Source of the DNA: an uncultured Candidatus Saccharibacteria bacterium
GTDB taxonomy: Bacteria > Patescibacteriota > Minisyncoccia > Phycocordibacterales > CSBR16-119
Assembly: GCA_964490365.1 (NCBI GenBank)
Contig: CAZBAG010000003.1
Coordinates: 18,116-82,115 of the forward strand
Length of the DNA: 64,000 nt
Reading direction: 5' to 3'
This document shows, one piece after another, positions 1 through 8,931 of the stretch (positions are counted from its first letter, which is position 1; every line of letters begins with the position of its first letter). The notes beneath the pieces are model-generated. The model worked only from the letters and a program-made list of their open reading frames with translations, ran no database searches and was not told the DNA's origin. The translations under genes and the position numbers were made by a program.

Positions 1-1142
1 CTTCCTCAAAAATTCTTGAAGGATATGTTGCCGTTTACAATGCAAAAGTTATTGAAGACTTAAAGAACGAAGGTGCGGTTATTTTAGGTCGCACTAACAT
101 GGATGAATTCGCGATGGGTTCTTCAACAGAAACATCTGCATATGGAATTACAAAAAATCCAGTGAACACAGAAACCGTGGCTGGTGGTTCATCCGGAGGT
201 TCTGCTGCTGCAGTTGCTATGAGTGGCGCACTCTTTGCTCTTGGATCAGATACTGGCGGATCAATCAGACAGCCGGCAGGGTTTTGTGGTGTTGTTGGGC
301 TCAAACCAACCTATGGAACTATTTCCCGAAGTGGACTTATGGCAATGGGATCGTCTCTTGATATTATCGGTCCATTCACAAAAACAGTAGAAGATTCTGA
401 AATTATTTTTACCACACTTGCCAAAGAAGATGTAAAAGATAGTACGTGTGTTAAAGAATCTGAAAGAGTTTGTATAAAAAAAGAAGTGAAAAAGATTGGT
501 GTTCCGCGAGGGTTTCTACAGGGAGATGGAATTCATAAAGAGACTCTTCTTAATTTTGAAAAAAGCCTAGAAAAGTTAAAGAGTCTCGGCTATGAAATTG
601 TTGATATTGAAGTTCCTTTTATGGAATATTCACTTGCCGTGTATTACGTGTTGATGCCAGCTGAAGTCTCTACAAACCTTTCTCGTTTTGATGGTATTCG
701 GTTTGGACTTTCTGTTTCTGGAAAAGACGTGGCGGATTCATACAAAAAAACAAAAGAAGCTGGATTTGGAGCAGAAGCAAAACGAAGAATCTTACTCGGT
801 ACATACGTACTTTCTCATGGTTACTATGACGCCTACTACAACAAGGCAATAAAAATGCGACACAAAATTACAGAAGAAATGAACAAGGTATTCGAACATG
901 TTGATCTTATTGTTACGCCAACAACGCCGAGTCCTGCGTTTAAACCGGGCGCTAAAGCAAGTCCACTTGAAATGTATATGTCAGATGTGTTTACCGTGCC
1001 AGCAAACATTACTGGTGTTCCAGCGATTTCATTACCTGCAGGATTTTCAAGTGACGGACTTCCGCTCGACATTCAACTCATGGCGCCACACTTCGGAGAA
1101 CAGTTACTCTTTGAAGTGGGTAAAAAATTTGAGGTACAATAG
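1..1142 (+). CDS. gatA: Asp-tRNA(Asn)/Glu-tRNA(Gln) amidotransferase subunit A (5' end outside window)
   Basis: Amidase signature GGSSGGSAAAV...GSDTGGSIRQPA; MDEFAMGSSTE; GatA-type RILLGTYVLS.GYYDAYY. Confidence 0.95.
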   Translation, partial: SSKILEGYVAVYNAKVIEDLKNEGAVILGRTNMDEFAMGSSTETSAYGITKNPVNTETVAGGSSGGSAAAVAMSGALFALGSDTGGSIRQPAGFCGVVGLKPTYGTISRSGLMAMGSSLDIIGPFTKTVEDSEIIFTTLAKEDVKDSTCVKESERVCIKKEVKKIGVPRGFLQGDGIHKETLLNFEKSLEKLKSLGYEIVDIEVPFMEYSLAVYYVLMPAEVSTNLSRFDGIRFGLSVSGKDVADSYKKTKEAGFGAEAKRRILLGTYVLSHGYYDAYYNKAIKMRHKITEEMNKVFEHVDLIVTPTTPSPAFKPGAKASPLEMYMSDVFTVPANITGVPAISLPAGFSSDGLPLDIQLMAPHFGEQLLFEVGKKFEVQ

Positions 1143-1148
1143 GTCTAT

Positions 1149-1706
1149 ATGCAATCAATCAATATAGAATTTATCTTTCAAAAAATGTATAAGCTGATTA
1201 CCGGAGGACTTTCTGTCGATGGTAGTGGTTTTTTGAGAACGGTTGATAGTGTTGTCACGTTTATATTTTCGGTTGTTGCACTGATCGCTATTACGGTTAT
1301 TTTGTATGTGATTGTGCGAAAAAGTGAAATGCGAGAAAGGAAAGCTAAAAAGCTGAGTAGACCTCTTGAGGCAGAAATTGAAGTGTATAAAAAGAATGAT
1401 CGATGGCAAACAGTGCTCGATCACGTGCATTCAACCAACTCCTCTGATTGGCGACTTGCTATTATCGAAGCCGATAATATTTTAGACGAAATGATGACTC
1501 GGATGGGATACAGAGGAGATAATTTGGGAGAAAAACTTAAATCAGTCGAAGCATCAGATTTTGATACACTTCAAGAAGCATGGGAGGCACATAAAGTGAG
1601 AAATAAAATTGCTCATGAAGGTCTTAATTTCCAAATTGATCATCGAGAAGCAAAACGAGTGATCGCTCAATTTGAAAAAGTTTTCAAAGAATTTGAATTC
1701 ATTTAA
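1149..1706 (+). CDS. Single-TM conserved hypothetical protein
   Basis: 185-aa ORF with one TM segment and a soluble domain containing WRLAIIEAD and AWEAHKVRNKIAH; 6 nt after gatA. Confidence 0.75.
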   Translation: MQSINIEFIFQKMYKLITGGLSVDGSGFLRTVDSVVTFIFSVVALIAITVILYVIVRKSEMRERKAKKLSRPLEAEIEVYKKNDRWQTVLDHVHSTNSSDWRLAIIEADNILDEMMTRMGYRGDNLGEKLKSVEASDFDTLQEAWEAHKVRNKIAHEGLNFQIDHREAKRVIAQFEKVFKEFEFI

Positions 1707-1765
1707 GATTGTTTTAAAATCTTGCAAAAAGCTAAAAAGTATGTAGAATTAAACCACTGAAGTAT

Positions 1766-1826
1766 ATCGCGGGTACCGCAGTGGTAGTTCCAAAAGGAAC
1801 TTATAGTGCGAATAACCTGAGGTTAT
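1766..1826 (+). other. Degenerate tRNA-fMet-like structured sequence
   Basis: ATCGCGGG-TACCGCAGTGGTAGTTC and ATAACCTGA-GG resemble the 5' half and anticodon-arm 3' strand of the tRNA 100 nt downstream. Confidence 0.5.
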
Positions 1827-1866
1827 GATGTAAAAGTTGTTGTAGTTAGGTTTAAACAAAATAGAT

Positions 1867-1938
1867 CGCGGGGTAGAGCAGTGGTAGCTCATCAGGCTCA
1901 TAACCTGAAGGCGGCCGTTCGAGTCGGCCCCCCGCAAC
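1867..1938 (+). tRNA. tRNA-fMet (CAT, initiator type)
   Basis: CGCGGGG...CCCCGCA acceptor with C1:A72 mismatch, CTCATAA loop, TTCGAGT T-loop; CCA not encoded. Confidence 0.93.
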
Positions 1939-1942
1939 ATGT

Positions 1943-1975
1943 AAAACAAAAGCGTCCTCTGGGCGCTTTTGTTTT
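1943..1975 (+). terminator. Intrinsic terminator after tRNA-fMet
   Basis: AAAACAAAAGCGTCC-TCT-GGGCGCTTTTGTTTT hairpin. Confidence 0.7.
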
Positions 1976-2063
1976 AGCTCACAAAGCTTGACTTTATTTA
2001 AAATATATAGTATATTAAAAGCCAACGAACTTTCAACCATTCCAAACCAAACACTGAATCGCC

Positions 2064-2324
2064 ATGGGACACTCTGAAGAGAATGAAGCTCGCTATGTTG
2101 CTGAGACTGATATCAAAGCTGAAATGAGCAGAGCTGAGGGCGAGGATCCGTCATTCCTGCCCGGAGAACTGGACGGCGCGATAAAAGCGATATGCGGAGC
2201 ATCTGATCGAGCACCCTTGGAGGATGTTGCCACTGATCAGTTCAAAGGCTTTCCCTCGGGCGATCACATGATGGGTAAGCTTTTCGACCGTTGCGCAACA
2301 AGCGGGCACGCTGCATTCTATTGA
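2064..2324 (+). CDS. Small acidic hypothetical protein
   Basis: 86-aa ORF with an upstream TTGACT...TATATT promoter-like sequence and a downstream hairpin terminator at ~2340-2380. Confidence 0.55.
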   Translation: MGHSEENEARYVAETDIKAEMSRAEGEDPSFLPGELDGAIKAICGASDRAPLEDVATDQFKGFPSGDHMMGKLFDRCATSGHAAFY

Positions 2325-2420
2325 TGTTGGTGCGCTGATAAAGGACCTTCTCAAACCGAGAAGGTCCTTTGTGCTTTTTATCTTGAAAATTACTTCATTC
2401 TATGTTACTTTGTATCCATT

Positions 2421-2494
2421 GTCGGGGTAGCTCAGATGGTTAGAGCGTAGCACTCATAACGCTAAGGTCGTGGGTTCGACTCCCACCCTCGACA
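2421..2494 (+). tRNA. tRNA with CAT anticodon (elongator Met or Ile2)
   Basis: GTCGGGG/CCTCGAC acceptor, TAGCTCAG D-arm, CTCATAA loop, GGTTCGACTCC T-arm. Confidence 0.9.
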
Positions 2495-2559
2495 CAATTT
2501 TCAAGCGTTGGCAAACGTATCTCTTTGTGATAAACTTGCGACGTTGGAAGTTAATATTT

Positions 2560-2633
2560 GCGGTCGTAGCTCAACTGGTTAGAGCACCCGCCTGTCACGT
2601 GGGAGGTTACGGGTTCAAGTCCCGCCGATCGCG
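2560..2633 (+). tRNA. tRNA-Asp (GTC)
   Basis: Cloverleaf with CTGTCAC anticodon loop and GGTTCAAGTCC T-arm. Confidence 0.93.
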
Positions 2634-2688
2634 CAAATTAAGAAAAGCCTGACATGTAAAGTCAGGTTTTTCTTATGGTAGGAGGGGA

Positions 2689-2812
2689 GTAATGTTTGGG
2701 AAACATTACGTTCGGGACTTGAAAACCTTTTGAGCTTAAAACTCCGCTTGTGAAGTTTTAACCAAAAGGTGTACTGAAGCTGTAAGCTTCAAGTCCTAGC
2801 AATCGCGCAAAT
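2689..2812 (+). repeat. tRNA-Asp-linked structured element ending in an imperfect copy of the tRNA 3' end
   Basis: TTCAAGTCC-N5-ATCGCGCAAAT at 2788-2812 repeats 2614-2638; GGACTTGAA (2715-2723) is the complement of TTCAAGTCC; internal hairpins. Confidence 0.65.
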
Positions 2813-2863
2813 ACAAAAAGAGTCTTTGTAAAAAGGCTCTTTTTGTTTTAATATGTTCTCATT

Positions 2864-2936
2864 GCCGTTGTAGCTCAGTTGGTAGAGCACACCCATGGTA
2901 AGGGTGAGGTCTCGGGTTCGATTCCCGACAATGGCT
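2864..2936 (+). tRNA. tRNA-Thr (GGT)
   Basis: GCCGTTG/CAATGGC acceptor, ATGGTAA anticodon loop, GGTTCGATTCC T-arm. Confidence 0.93.
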
Positions 2937-2937
2937 C

Positions 2938-3092
2938 CTTTGGAGACATTGAGCAGGCTTTTGCCTGCGATCGGAATCGAAAGGCGGAGGTATATTTTTG
3001 TTTGAGCTTTGCTCAAGGCAAAAATACCGAGCCGGGGTCGCGAAATTTTTCCGTCAGGAAAAATATTTGTGACCGATTCCCGACAATGGCTC
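2938..3092 (+). repeat. tRNA-Thr-linked structured element ending in an exact 19-bp copy of the tRNA 3' end
   Basis: CGATTCCCGACAATGGCTC at 2919-2937 and 3074-3092; GGAATCG (2973-2979) pairs with CGATTCC (3074-3080); three internal hairpins. Confidence 0.75.
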
Positions 3093-3143
3093 ACATATTT
3101 ACTTTTTCTTGTTTTTGTTGTATTGTCAGCAAAAACAAAGTTC

Positions 3144-3644
3144 ATGCAACTTCAACCCACAAAAAAGGCTTTGAAAGCCCTTAGTCTTTTGACCTCTGCG
3201 CTGGCAGAAGATGCTCTGACCGATAAACAAAGGGCTCACATTGCTGAAGTTTTAGAAGCTCTAGCTGAAAACCCTAAAAGTGTATCTATCAACAGATCTC
3301 AACTTGAGCTTGTTTGGCCAGATTCAGAAAGGTATCTTGGTGCGGATCACGGTGGTAGACTTGCAGTCCTAATTTCTCCTGCTTTTGACCGTCAAAAGAA
3401 GAAGTTGCAGGCCATGCTTGTGTCTTGTGGTATTCAACCAACAAGAATTACAATATTATGTTCAAGTGAGCGTAATGTCGAGGCAATGCTCGGTTCTCAT
3501 CATTGTAGGGCGGTAATTTTCATGAACAGTATCCCTAAAAGGCTTATTGACGGTCTACCCGTGGAAACATCTGCACCCCTAAAAGGTCTCAGGAGTGAGC
3601 AGGTTCGTCAGGCAGTTGACAACCTCAGGAAATTGCTAAGCTGA
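3144..3644 (+). CDS. Hypothetical protein
   Basis: ORF probably starting at MQLQPTKK; followed by a terminator hairpin at ~3660-3690. Confidence 0.6.
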   Translation: MQLQPTKKALKALSLLTSALAEDALTDKQRAHIAEVLEALAENPKSVSINRSQLELVWPDSERYLGADHGGRLAVLISPAFDRQKKKLQAMLVSCGIQPTRITILCSSERNVEAMLGSHHCRAVIFMNSIPKRLIDGLPVETSAPLKGLRSEQVRQAVDNLRKLLS

Positions 3645-3721
3645 GCTCTAACATTCATCAAAAAGTCCTGTCTATGACAGGGCTTTTTTCTTTCTATCTT
3701 ATTTGATATAGTGGCGTTACT

Positions 3722-4600
3722 ATGACAAATGAAGAAATAACTTCACAGATTCAATCTCTTGAAGCAGAGATGGCTCGGCCAGATTTTTGAACAAATAAAG
3801 TAGAAGCTCAATCTACAATAAAAAAAATCCAAGAACTAAAAGATAAACTAGAAGGGTTAGCAAAGTACGATAAAAAATCAGCCATTCTTAATATTTTTGC
3901 TGGGGCAGGTGGTGATGATGCCGAAGACTTTGTAAGAATTTTATACGAAATGTATTCACGTTTTTGTGATGCGCATAATTTTTCACAAAAAATTACGAGT
4001 GCTCACACAAACGAACGAAATGGCTATCGAGCGATTTCTATCGAGATTACCGGGAAAAATGTATACGGACTTTTAAAGAGAGAATCGGGCGTACACAGGC
4101 TTGTAAGAATTTCTCCTTTTAATGCAAATGCAAAGCGCCATACTTCGTTTGCTATGGTTGAATTTATTCCTCTGATTGAGCATGTTGATGATTTTATTCT
4201 TCCAAAAGATGACGTAGAGGTTTCTTTTGCTCGAAGTTCTGGTCCTGGTGGACAAAACGTGAACAAACGCGATACTGCTGTTCGTCTGGTCCATGTGCCA
4301 ACAGGTATTGCCGTGCATGTTGAGTCAGAGCGTAGTCAAGAAGCGAATCGAGAAAAAGCAGAGCACATGTTACGAGGGAAACTCATAAAAATTCTTGAAG
4401 AAAAGCAGAAAGAAACACTCGGAGAGCTTGCTATTTCAAAGGTTGTCGACAATGAATGGGGTAGTCAAATACGTTCATATGTCTTCCATCCGTATCAAAT
4501 GGTGAAAGACCATCGGACTGGTGTGGAGATTCGTGATATTGAAAAAGTGCTAAAATCTGGGGAAATCGACGAATTTATTGAGGCAGAACGCTCATTATAG
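3722..4600 (+). CDS. prfB: Peptide chain release factor 2 with an in-frame TGA at codon 23
   Basis: ATG3722 gives MTNEE...MARPDF*TNKVEAQ...[11 protein letters not shown], in frame with the 3950-4600 ORF containing the SPF (RISPF) and GGQ motifs. Confidence 0.9.
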
Positions 4601-4639
4601 CTATTCTGTGGATTTGAAAATTTTGCTATACTATATTCC

Positions 4640-5323
4640 ATGATACGTTTTGAAAATGTAACAAAAATCTACCCAAACGCGGCTGAAGCATCTGTTGAAG
4701 GACTAAATTTTGAAATAAAATCAGGGGAATTTGTCTCTATTGTGGGGCACTCTGGAGCTGGAAAAACAACTATTGTTAAACTTTTGCTCGGCGAAGAAAA
4801 GCCATCCGATGGGAATATTTTTTTTGATGAGATAGAAGTAAACACACTTCGTTCATCAAAATTAACAAACCTACGAAGAAGAATTGGTACTGTCTTCCAA
4901 GATTTTCGTCTGTTGCCGAATAAAACTGCTTATGAAAATATTGCCTTTGCGATGGAATCTGCGGGTAAAACAGACGAAGAGATCGAATCGGATGTTCCAC
5001 ACGTTCTTGATCTTGTTGATCTAGGGTCAAAAGCTTTTCATTTCCCACACCAAATGTCTGGTGGAGAAAAACAGCGTCTTTCTATTGCGCGAGCAATTAT
5101 TAACAATCCAGAAGTTGTTGTCGCTGATGAACCAACGGGTAATCTTGATCCAGTAAATACTTACGAGGTTGTTCATATTTTGAAAAAAATTAATAGTTTA
5201 GGAACCACGGTTATTCTTACTACTCACAACAAAGGTGTGGTTGATGCGATTCATAAACGAGTGATTACGCTTGAAGATGGAAAGATGGTTCGTGATGATG
5301 AGAAAGGAAAATATATCATTTAG
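4640..5323 (+). CDS. ftsE: Cell division ATP-binding protein FtsE
   Basis: [35 protein letters not shown]; upstream of ftsX. Confidence 0.92.
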   Translation: MIRFENVTKIYPNAAEASVEGLNFEIKSGEFVSIVGHSGAGKTTIVKLLLGEEKPSDGNIFFDEIEVNTLRSSKLTNLRRRIGTVFQDFRLLPNKTAYENIAFAMESAGKTDEEIESDVPHVLDLVDLGSKAFHFPHQMSGGEKQRLSIARAIINNPEVVVADEPTGNLDPVNTYEVVHILKKINSLGTTVILTTHNKGVVDAIHKRVITLEDGKMVRDDEKGKYII

Positions 5324-5339
5324 AGCAGTAGGATATGAA

Positions 5340-5454
5340 TCCCGATAGTGACCGCGGTCGCTAAGGGTAGTAGAATAGAAATTAAGTTTATTATTATCAG
5401 ATTTTTTAAGAATAACGATAGGAAGCATTAAGACCGCGACCTGTCACTATCGGG
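5340..5454. mobile_element. MITE-like inverted-repeat element between ftsE and ftsX
   Basis: Inverted repeats ATCCCGATAGTGAC / GTCACTATCGGGAT plus CGCGGTC / GACCGCG; flanked by direct ATGAA at 5335-5339 and 5455-5459. Confidence 0.55.
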
Positions 5455-6378
5455 ATGAAAGTATTAGATATAAAAAGAGTTGTACGAGGAGGGTTTCTAA
5501 ATTTCGTTCGAAACGGTTTTGTGTCTTTGTCTTCTGTGCTTGTGATGACTATTACGCTTTCTGTTATTACGCTCATTATTCTTTCTCAGGCAGTTCTTAA
5601 TTTTTCGTTGAGTCAACTCCAAGACAAAGTAGACGTTACTGTTTTCTTTACTGTTGGTGCTTCCGAATCTGAAATTTTGGGTATTAAAGGTCAGCTTGAA
5701 CAGTTGCCTGAAGTTGCAAGTGTTGAATATATTTCTGCAGAACAAGCACTAGCAAATTTCAGAGAGCGACATTCTACCGACTATCTTACTTTACAAGCTC
5801 TTGAAGAGCTCGATGAAAATCCTTTGGGCGCAACACTAAATATTGAAGCAATAGAAGCCTCTGAATATGAACAAATTGCAAACTTCTTAGAGTCGGGCGA
5901 CGCCCTTCAAAGCAACCAACAAGTTATTATTGATAAGGTAAACTATTTCCAAAACAAACTGGTCATTGACCGTCTTATTTCTATCACCGAAGGTGCAAAG
6001 AAGCTTGGCTTGGGTATTACGCTCGTTCTTGTGTGTATTTCTGTCATTATTACTTTTAACACGCTACGACTTAATATTTATATCGTGCGAGAAGAAATTG
6101 GCGTTATGCGTGTTGTGGGTGCTGAAAACCACTATATTCGAGGTCCATTTATGGTTGAGGGAATGTTGTATGGACTTGTCTCTGCGTTTATTACTATGCT
6201 CATCTTCTATCCGATCTCACTGTGGCTTGGTGCAAACATGACAGACTTTTTGGGAATCAATCTTAACACCTACTACTTTGCGAACTTTTTCCAACTCTTT
6301 GTGATCACTGCAGTGTTCGGAATGTTGCTCGGTATGATTTCTAGTTTCCTTGCAACAAGAGCATATCTTAAAAAATAA
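5455..6378 (+). CDS. ftsX: Cell division permease FtsX
   Basis: FtsX topology; EEIGVMRVVGA...IRGPFMVEG motif. Confidence 0.92.
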   Translation: MKVLDIKRVVRGGFLNFVRNGFVSLSSVLVMTITLSVITLIILSQAVLNFSLSQLQDKVDVTVFFTVGASESEILGIKGQLEQLPEVASVEYISAEQALANFRERHSTDYLTLQALEELDENPLGATLNIEAIEASEYEQIANFLESGDALQSNQQVIIDKVNYFQNKLVIDRLISITEGAKKLGLGITLVLVCISVIITFNTLRLNIYIVREEIGVMRVVGAENHYIRGPFMVEGMLYGLVSAFITMLIFYPISLWLGANMTDFLGINLNTYYFANFFQLFVITAVFGMLLGMISSFLATRAYLKK

Positions 6379-6398
6379 CAATACAAACATCACTTCAT

Positions 6399-8060
6399 AT
6401 GTCAGAAAAAAGATCAAAAACAAAATATATCTTTGTGGTCGGGGGAGTGATGTCTGGCGTTGGTAAGGGAATCACAACAGCTTCAATCGGTACTATTATA
6501 AAAAGTAAAGGCTTAAGGGTCAGCTTGATAAAAGCCGACCCTTATTTAAATGTGGATGCTGGTACGATGAACCCAACAGAACATGGAGAAGTGTTTGTGA
6601 TGGATTCTGGTCTTGAAACTGATCAAGATATGGGTAACTACGAGCGCTTTTTGAATCAAACCCTTCCAAAGGAAAACTATATGACGAACGGCATGGTCTT
6701 TAAGTATGTGATTGATAAAGAGCGCGCGCTTGGATACAAAGGTAAATGTGTTGAACCAACATATCATATTACCGAAGAAATTATTCGGCGTATTCATGAA
6801 TCGGTAAAGAAAACAGATGCAGAAGTTGTGGTTGTAGAAGTTGGTGGTACTGTGGGTGAATACCAAAATGCTATTTTTCTAGAAGCCGCACGTCAACTTA
6901 AACTAAAAAACCCAAAGGATGTTATGTTTGTGATGGTGTCATATTTGCCGACTCCTTCTTCGATTGGTGAAATGAAAACAAAGCCAACTCAAAATGCCGT
7001 TATACAAATGAACTCGTATGGAGTAAGTCCAAATATTATTATTGCCCGGGCCGAGCTTCCTATTGATAAAAAAAGAAAAGAAAAAATTGCCAACATGACA
7101 GGGCTTCTTTCTGCGGATGATGTTATTGCCGCTCCAAATGTAAAAAGTATTTACGAGGTGCCTATTAATTTTGAAAATGATGGGCTAGGAACAAGAATTC
7201 TCAGTCATTTTGGTTTGAAGTCTCGAAAAAATAATCTTAAAGAGTGGAGAAGTGTGGTGATGAAAAAGACTCAGAAAGAAGTGAATATTGCAGTTGTCGG
7301 TAAATATTTTGATACGGGGGACTTTGTACTCTCTGACGCATATATCTCAATTATTGAAGCATTGAAAATTTCAGGAATACACCTGGGGGTCAAAACAAAC
7401 CTTCACTGGCTTGATGCAAAAAAGTTCGAAACTAATGGGAAAAAAGAATTGGCAAAACTTGTAAAATATGACGGTATTTTAGTGCCAGGAGGATTTGGCG
7501 AAACAGGCATTGAAGGAAAGATAAAAGTTATTGAATATGCCAGAGTCAACAAGATTCCATATTTCGGAATTTGTTATGGTATGCAGCTTATGGTTGTTGA
7601 GTACGCAAGAAATGTCCTGGGTCTTAAGAACGCTCATACTGTAGAGATTAATGAAAAGACCGAACATCCAGTGGTGGATATTATGCCGGAGCAAAGAAAA
7701 AAGCTTGAAGTGAAAGAATATGGAGCTTCAATGCGTCTTGGTACATACGAAGCGATCTTGAAGAAAAATACGATTGCTTTTGATGCTTATAAAAAATCAA
7801 AGATTCTTGAGCGCCATCGTCATCGCTATGAAGTGAATCCTGATTATGTGGACATGCTTGAAAAAGCAGGACTTGTATTTTCTGGTAAATCTCCAAATGG
7901 TGTACTCATGGAAATAGCAGAACTTCCGACAACACAGCATCCATTTTTCTTAGGAACACAATTCCACCCAGAATTCCTTGCACGAGTATTAGAACCACAT
8001 CCATTGTTTACAGAGTTTGTAAAAGTTTGCACAAGTAAGGGTAATAAAAAATCTCTTTGA
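6399..8060 (+). CDS. pyrG: CTP synthase
   Basis: GGVMSGVGKG, DPYLNVDAGTMNP.EHGEVFV, KTKPTQ, GICYGMQ, ERHRHRYE, QFHPE. Confidence 0.97.
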   Translation: MSEKRSKTKYIFVVGGVMSGVGKGITTASIGTIIKSKGLRVSLIKADPYLNVDAGTMNPTEHGEVFVMDSGLETDQDMGNYERFLNQTLPKENYMTNGMVFKYVIDKERALGYKGKCVEPTYHITEEIIRRIHESVKKTDAEVVVVEVGGTVGEYQNAIFLEAARQLKLKNPKDVMFVMVSYLPTPSSIGEMKTKPTQNAVIQMNSYGVSPNIIIARAELPIDKKRKEKIANMTGLLSADDVIAAPNVKSIYEVPINFENDGLGTRILSHFGLKSRKNNLKEWRSVVMKKTQKEVNIAVVGKYFDTGDFVLSDAYISIIEALKISGIHLGVKTNLHWLDAKKFETNGKKELAKLVKYDGILVPGGFGETGIEGKIKVIEYARVNKIPYFGICYGMQLMVVEYARNVLGLKNAHTVEINEKTEHPVVDIMPEQRKKLEVKEYGASMRLGTYEAILKKNTIAFDAYKKSKILERHRHRYEVNPDYVDMLEKAGLVFSGKSPNGVLMEIAELPTTQHPFFLGTQFHPEFLARVLEPHPLFTEFVKVCTSKGNKKSL

Positions 8061-8061
8061 A

Positions 8062-8928
8062 CTATATAGTCGTTGAAAGTATAATTGCTGATAGAATTGC
8101 GACAAGAAGACCAATGTATTGGTGCTTGAGTAATTTCTCTTTTGTAATAAAAATTCCGAGAAGTACAGCAATAATGATGTAACTTTCAGAGATTGCAACC
8201 GCAATGCCAATAGGAGTAGAAACCATCGCGATTGCAAACGCTATCCATGCGATGTTGTCTAAGATCATCATGGGCGCAAGCACTTTCGGATATTCTATAA
8301 GATGAATCAAAGTATCTTTTATTTTTCTTTGTCTGGCAATAAAAATAAAAGATCCCACTAAAGAAACACTATTAATAACAAAGTTAATCATAAGTGGATT
8401 TGTTTCTCGTGCACCCCATCCAACAAAAAAATTTGTAATACCCATAAGTAGCGCAGATAAGAAAGCGATTTTTATTCCTTTTTCAAAAATAATTCGTTTA
8501 CTTACTGTGATATCTTTGTATGAAATCAAGAAAAGACCGATCATCAGAATTAGAATAAGTATGATTTGTAGAGTGGAAAGAGGTTCTCGAAGGATAAAAA
8601 AAGCAAAGATACTTGAAACCACTATTTCAAATGACCAAATAGGTTCAACTATAGAAAGCTTTCCTTTCTTGAGTGCCTCAAATTCAAAAAGTGCAGCCAC
8701 GAAAAGTAATATAGCCGCTGTAAATATAATATAGACAATGTTTGATGGTAGTAGTACAATCTTGCCAATATCTGACCATACAAAAGGTAAAACCATTACT
8801 GTTCCAAAAAGAGCAATGAGGAACAAGGTTTGCCAGTCACCAATTTTTCTTGTTGATTTTTGTATAAAAAAATCACCAACACCCCACGCTATCATTGCTA
8901 TAAAAGCCGAGATAATTCCTGTTGTCAT
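8062..8928 (-). CDS. DMT/EamA family transporter
   Basis: About 10 TM segments in two EamA-like repeats. Confidence 0.8.
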   Translation of the reverse strand: MTTGIISAFIAMIAWGVGDFFIQKSTRKIGDWQTLFLIALFGTVMVLPFVWSDIGKIVLLPSNIVYIIFTAAILLFVAALFEFEALKKGKLSIVEPIWSFEIVVSSIFAFFILREPLSTLQIILILILMIGLFLISYKDITVSKRIIFEKGIKIAFLSALLMGITNFFVGWGARETNPLMINFVINSVSLVGSFIFIARQRKIKDTLIHLIEYPKVLAPMMILDNIAWIAFAIAMVSTPIGIAVAISESYIIIAVLLGIFITKEKLLKHQYIGLLVAILSAIILSTTI

Positions 8929-8931
8929 ACA

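Noticed and set aside
1749-3184. ORF-track ORFs overlapping the tRNAs (1749-1949, 1852-2040, 2470-2652, 2789-3145, 2879-3184)
   Set aside because: Shadow ORFs over tRNA genes and structured repeats.
3780-3805. Canonical prfB +1 frameshift at TTT-TGA
   Set aside because: The +1 frame stops after four codons; RF2 homology continues in frame 0.
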